Source: Octopus vulgaris
Lineage: Eukaryota
Direction: 5' to 3'
Assembly (NCBI GenBank): GCA_951406725.2
Contig: OX597832.1
Span: forward strand, 9,114,001 to 9,178,000
DNA: 64,000 nt
Position numbers and translations under genes: made by a program. The notes below the pieces were generated by a model. It was not told the DNA's origin. It did not search any database and was given only the letters and a program-made list of their open reading frames with translations. This document shows, piece after piece, positions 57,161 through 64,000 of the stretch; positions within the stretch are counted from its first letter, which is position 1, and each line of letters opens with the position of its first letter.

Positions 57161-57681
57161 TTACACAAACGTATTTATACATATTCATATGTATTTATGT
57201 GTATACTCGAAGCATATTACGGTATCGGCTTCTAGTAAATATATTTGGCACTGGTTTTGTACAAAGGAAGAGATGAGAAGAATTGTCACGATATGAAAAA
57301 TTTTTCTACTTTATGACCATCGCATAGTTGATTTATTCATTGCATATCTACCTATTTACCCATGCGGTAATACAAGAGATTTTAGAACAAAGGAAGCGGC
57401 ATATAGCTGAATCAAGTCAAGATATATTGAATATTATCACTTATATGCTATTTACATATAGATAGAGATTCATGCTGTAGTATTTAGCAGAGAAAAGGAA
57501 ACCCGGTTGAATGCTTGCTCAATTCGAGTTTAATGTAGAATGGTTTGTTGTATACTAACTATGAAAGGCAGAGTGGGTAGGGATGAAAGAGGTGGTGCCC
57601 TAAGGGACAAGATCACTTCCTTTTGTGTGGACCTGTATAGTTAAATGTGTAAAATCGAGTTCGAATTATTCGGATATACAA

Positions 57682-57713
<32 letters not shown>

Positions 57714-58136
57714 ATTTGTATGTGTGTATGTGTGTGTGTGTGTGCGTATTTATATAATTTATTGGACTTTTAACGTTGTGACAGACGATCGAAACAGCTG
57801 AGAAAGACTTAAGTGCTCTTAGTCTTCTTTCTGTAGTTTCCCTCATGGCTGTAGTTTCCCTCATATTTGTCAGGTTCTGCTGCAAATTCTGGGAGGGAGG
57901 AAGTTACTGCAGATATGTGCTGAGGTGTCTTTCTTTCTTTGGCAGTTTGCTTTCATGGCGAAAACGTTTATTTTGCTTGACTATTTTACTCATTGAAGTT
58001 TTATATTCGATTCTGTCCTCAGCTTTTCCCAAGTTTTCGCTTCATTGTCCTCCTAGGTTTGCATGCTCATGCATGTGTCGATAAATCTCATCTTTGGCAA
58101 TTTTCTGGATCTGCAACTTAGAGCCAACTCGCCATA

Positions 58137-58625
58137 TTACATCTGTTGAAGTTCGCTCTCACAGAATCTCCTGGAGATGTCTGCCTCTACTCCAGAACTG
58201 ATGGGTTCCTTTTCAATCTTGTACGCCTCGGACCAAAAACCAAGACCAAGTGAAATTTTATCAGTGACATTGTCTTCCCAGTTAGGTAATCCGTAAACCA
58301 CAGGTTGTTTACTTTCACCTTGCCTAGTATGTACTCCACACGCATCCTTCTTAAAAGTTTCGGTAATGGCAGTGTGCAAACAACAAATAGGTGAGGCGAC
58401 AGACCGTTCTCTTTTAATACTTACCTCTCCAAGCTTTTCTCTCCATGCTCTGAGTTCGGTTCTCCACGTTGTCAGGATATTATGGGAGATCTTAAGCAGT
58501 TTAAGGCATTCAATAATCCACGTATGTGGAACCATGTCATACGATTTCCTGTAGTCCACCCATGCCATCGCCACATACTTGCCATGGAGAGGTTTCTGTT
58601 CCCATCTGCTAGCTAAATTTTCATG
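58137..58625 (-). mobile_element. R4/Dong-type RT fragment adjoining (TAA)n
   Basis: WEQKPLHGKY and MAWVDYRKSYDMVPHTWIIECL...WRTEL...EVSIKR. Confidence 0.8.
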
Positions 58626-58628
58626 TGC

Positions 58629-58743
<115 letters not shown>

Positions 58744-58747
58744 GCTG

Positions 58748-58878
<131 letters not shown>

Positions 58879-59304
58879 GTGAGAGAGCAGTGCATGCCAT
58901 CAAAGTGACACTGGGTAAAATATACGAAGCCCAGTATACCCATCATGACTACCCGTCTGATAAGGGTACACTAGGCACATGCATCACAACCACATATGCG
59001 CGACATGGTGATCTCATATCAAGATAGACAGCGCATGACCTTACAGGTGGGGCCCAGTTATAATTTTCTTCAGGTCGAGTAACCCATCCCATTCGAAAGG
59101 TCCCTGAATAAGGGTTGTTTAAGGATGTTGAACGAGCCACCCATGTTTCCAAAGGTGAATTATTCAAACCCCAAAGAATACCTCTCAACACATAGCTATG
59201 TTGCTCCCCCACTACTTCTGCGCGTGATCAGAGATGCACATGTCGCCAGCCACTAAGGGACATGCTCAACTGGTTAAGGTCAAACAACTGACAAGCATCA
59301 GGGC

Positions 59305-59308
<4 letters not shown>
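58879..59308 (-). mobile_element. (TAA)n-embedded element, copy 5 (internal deletion, both ends intact)
   Basis: gtgagagagcagtgcatgcc...acaagca|tcagggcattt; deletion junction at GCA microhomology. Confidence 0.9.
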
Positions 59309-59382
<74 letters not shown>

Positions 59383-59407
59383 CATTATTATTATTACTAT
59401 TATTTTG

Positions 59408-59484
<77 letters not shown>

Positions 59485-59489
59485 TGCTG

Positions 59490-60015
59490 TTGCATGAAAG
59501 ACTAGGTCATGCTATTAAAATGATAATGCGATACAAACATGCGATGCCTAGTATGACGATCGTGACTATTCCTCTGATGAGGGTACATCTGGTAATTGCA
59601 CCAGAAACATGAGCGTGAAATGGTGATCTCACACATAAATAAATAGCGCATGACATTGCAGGTTGGGCCCACTTAGAATTTCCTTCATAACGGGTATCCT
59701 ATTCTTGGATCTAGGTTGTTTAACAATGTTGAACATGTTTCGATGTAGTGAAATATCCAAATCCCAAAGAATTCCTCTCAATACATGGGTATGATGCTCC
59801 CCCACTACTTCTGCTCGCGATTAGAGATGCGCATGTCATCAGCTACTAAGAGAGATGCTTAACTGGTTAAGGTAAAAAATAACTGATAAGCAAATCTGTG
59901 GTATTGAGCTGAATATTTGCTGTAGTCCATCTTTTATATTGAGACAAAACAATATACATGAGAGCAATTTCACTCAGTTAAGATCAGAAGCGACGAGATC
60001 CAGTGTCTGGTACTG

Positions 60016-60017
<2 letters not shown>
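59490..60017 (-). mobile_element. (TAA)n-embedded element, copy 6 (divergent)
   Basis: Collinear with copy 1 through cccactacttctgctc...aagatcagaagc...tggtactgca. Confidence 0.85.
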
Positions 60018-60088
<71 letters not shown>

Positions 60089-60092
60089 GCTG

Positions 60093-60143
<51 letters not shown>

Positions 60144-60147
60144 GCTG

Positions 60148-60222
<75 letters not shown>

Positions 60223-60654
60223 ACTGATATTATTATTTTCATTTTTTACTATTTATTATCGTTGATATTTCTCATGATCCGATATGATTTTGGCTAATTA
60301 TCTTGAACACTTTGTTGTTAGTACTCAGGTCCGGGTCTTCTCTGTTAGCATAAATAATTTGATAGAACACCGTTTTCGGATATTGTACAATATTTTAAAG
60401 AGTATCACACACTCCGGTGTGCTCCAGCGCTTTGTCAGTGTGGCGAGCGTGTTTACACATGTGTGAATGACGGAGGTAACACACAGTTAAAATAGGTTTT
60501 TTTCATTCGGAAAATACAAATAGATTTTAATGAGTATTACATACTCGGAAATGGTCCAACGCTTTGTCAATTATTTTAGGCTCCATTTGTTGTCTTTGTT
60601 CTCGATGTTTTCGGATAGATTTCAGAGCAGCAGTGTTTTATCGCTCTCGAATAT

Positions 60655-60949
<295 letters not shown>

Positions 60950-61319
60950 TCATTCAGGGGCCGAGCTGGAAAATGCCTTAGCACGCCGGGCTAAATGTAC
61001 TACTTACTCGAACATTCATCTATGTTTAAGCGTTTAAGCTTTTCATACACCCCTCGAATATGTGTGTATGTCTGTGTTTAAGCGTTTGTGTGAGTCTCAG
61101 TATGTGCGTGTGCGTGTGTGTGTAAGCATGTGTGTGCGTATTTGTATACACCGGCAGGTATGAATCGATATGTCGAATTAAATATTTTTTGAGAAAAAAC
61201 AGCAAAGGCGTGCATACCATCATAATTTAAGTAACATTCTAGATATAACACGTTAAAAATCATTGAAAACCTTAAACTGCATGATCTTTAAAGAGTGGAA
61301 CCAATAAATGTTAAGATTA

Positions 61320-61770
61320 GTAGCGACCTGGTACAATCGCTAGCAGGGCAGCCAAAATGCTTAACGGTATTTCGTCTGCTTAATCGTTTGTGTGAGGCTG
61401 GCGAGCTGGCAGAAACGTTAGCACACCGGGTGAAATGCGTAGCGGTATTTCGTCTGCCGTTACGTTCTGAGTTCAAATTCCGCCGAGGCTGACTTTGCCT
61501 TTCATCCTTTCGGGGTCGATTAAATAAGTACTAGTTACGCACTTAGGTCGATATAATCGACTTAATCCGTCTGTCTGTCTGTCCTTGTTTGTCCTCTCTG
61601 TGTTTAGCCCCTTGTGCGTAGTAAAGAAATAGATATAGGTATTTCGTCTGTTTTTCCGTTCTGATTCCAAATGCCACCAAGGTCGAATTTGTGTTTCATG
61701 TCCTCATCATCGATAAAATCAATACCGGTCACGTACTTGGGTTGATTTAATTGACTTACTTCCTCCCTAA
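61320..61770 (+). mobile_element. Young family A SINE (61395-61632) nested in an older family A copy
   Basis: Old head 61320-61380, complete young copy, then the old remainder starting ggtatttcgtctg at ~61638. Confidence 0.85.
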
Positions 61771-62441
61771 TGTCACAGACGTTTCACCTTTAGCAGAAAG
61801 ATTTGCTAATGCTAAGATTTCGGTATTATTATGCCGGTTAAACCGATTCATACTTGCTTTATTATACTCTCAAGATAATATTTTGCTCAAGATAATATTT
61901 AGGGACGCAATGAGTATTCCATAGTTCAGTTTATTGCTATACTGCGGTTCAACTGCTCACAGCCGCCTCCGTTACATGCAATCCATAAAAGTGAATACCA
62001 TAAAAAAAAAAGAAAATCACAGTAGCGCATAAAGAAAACTACAGCATCATAGACGTTCCCAAGACAACAAAATATTTTTTAAAAAAACACATAAGAATTG
62101 TGAAACAAAAAATATGCGCATAACATTTAACAAGATTTTATTCATAGATTTCTTTATGTATTTTTGAGCAGCTGGTGAAAAAGATTGGGTGAAAAATAGA
62201 TTTACGCTTGAAAATGTCACGTTAGAAGTTTCCATGTTGCGCAAGTTTTTGGGTAGGCTAACAGGTACATGACAGCAATAAACACAGCGTTGGGTTTACT
62301 TTTACTCTTTATTTGTCTATATTAATTTTATTTTATATCGATGTTTATCATGTAATACTGTGAATATTCACGACCATCATCATCACCATCTTTTGCATAT
62401 ATGCATATGTATATATATCTATATATCTATCTATCTATCTA

Positions 62442-62514
<73 letters not shown>

Positions 62515-62864
62515 CAAATATATATGTATGTATGTATGTTTATGTGTGTGTGGTGTGAGTGTTGTGTGTTTGTGTGAGCGCGCACCCTTGTATATATGCG
62601 TGTGTGCATTCGTACATATATATGTTTGTACGCTATATATATTGTACGCTATGTATATTTGCTTTTGGATAGTAAGGAAAAAATTGTGTGAGCACGTATG
62701 AATATAAAAAAATGTTAGCGTAAGAGTGTGTATACAATTTACATACACCATCGCATAGGCCCATATGTGCATACGCATACTTATACGTGGATACACGCAG
62801 GTATATGCATATATGTACAACTTGATATATGTATATATACTTACATACGTATATACATACATAC

Positions 62865-62926
<62 letters not shown>

Positions 62927-62935
62927 GTATATATG

Positions 62936-62985
<50 letters not shown>

Positions 62986-64000
62986 TGTGTATATATGAAT
63001 GTGAGTGCATATATATTTATTCACCGTCGTATCTTAGGATAGCATTCTTTATAATACGTGCACTTGGAGACAAATCATAATGCAGCAGGTGACGCAGATA
63101 GGTGAGTGTTAAATCGTCATAAAGCCACGAACATGAACATTAACTGTATTGTAATTTCAAATAATATCTTGTCTAGAATGTTTAAATATATGATAATCTT
63201 CGCAGCGAGGAACTACATATTTTATCCGATACATCATTTAAACGAGCTCATTACATAGAATATCAAGAAAGATCAGCTGCCCGTGTGTGGAAATTACCTG
63301 CTGTGATGTGTACCTTACATCATACAATCACAGAACTCTGCCAGTGAATGAGGACAACCACACAAAAGTAATGCGTGTTTGAGTGCATGATTCCTAGGCA
63401 GCCCATTTCTCATAAAATAGGCAGATTCATTGAATTTATGCAAATGCAGAGTATAGGAGTGTGTCCTCAAAACGTAACGGTTGTAATAAATATAAACGTA
63501 ATGTTTGTAACAAAGATTAAGTGTTTGCTGTGCTGTGAATTCTGATGAGAAATATTAATTGCTCCAGGTGTGACATGCATGGCCGCGCACAACTGTCTAC
63601 GGTTCGGTAGACTAATGACTTGAATTCCCAAGAAAGATCAATACTATGCAATATCATTTCTTCTAGGCCGGGTGATTTCACCTTCGTAGTACGTGAAACA
63701 TGTAGCACGGAACTCCGCGTCTGGAGAGACATATCGCGGTCCTCAAAGATCATACTTCACGAATTTACGCGATGAATCCGGCGTATAGTGAATGTTACAA
63801 ATTTCGTCTGACACCTATGCATCAAACCAGATATATATGAAGCGGGAGTTAATGATTATCTCAGAGGTTTTAGATGAAAGGGCAGAAAAGCCAAAAAAAC
63901 TGAGAGAGGCGACAAGCATCTCCAAAGATGCAAGAATAACCGCGCATGCAGAAATACATACACTTACATACATACATGCTTGCATGTGCAAAAAAAAAAA

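Noticed and set aside
59574-59612. CTGATGAG...GAAAC in copy 6 of the TAA element
   Set aside because: Other copies read CTGATAAG and lack GAAA; no G10.1-C11.1 pair or helix I, so it is a chance match.
63517-63753. 78-aa non-repetitive ORF near the window end
   Set aside because: No recognisable family; its length is compatible with chance.

Overview
AT-rich, repeat-saturated eukaryotic (animal) DNA, most likely intergenic or intronic. The SINE families and the dense (TA)n/(CA)n/(TAA)n/(TAC)n tracts resemble repeats I recognise from Octopus, but that assignment is from recall, not a search. I found no supportable host gene; almost all supplied ORFs are translated microsatellites or transposon relics. 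Recognisable elements: a Neptune-type Penelope-like element (RT + GIY-YIG, ~8.3-10.35 kb, minus); an RTE LINE (19.8-21.5 kb, minus); five R4/Dong-type RLE LINE fragments, mostly beside (TAA)n; maT-type and mariner DNA transposon relics; a Gypsy gag/protease relic; and two tRNA-derived SINE families. Three signals stand out. (1) A set of hammerhead-ribozyme motifs: one with a perfect core at 12492-12567 (minus) and several minimal variants on short cassettes lodged in (TA)n tracts. (2) A ~540-bp non-coding element present six times, always at (TAA)n, probably mobilised by Dong/R4. (3) A SINE that repeatedly joins its tail to one fixed site in the hairpin of its own tRNA head. All structures were folded by eye and need computational and experimental confirmation.
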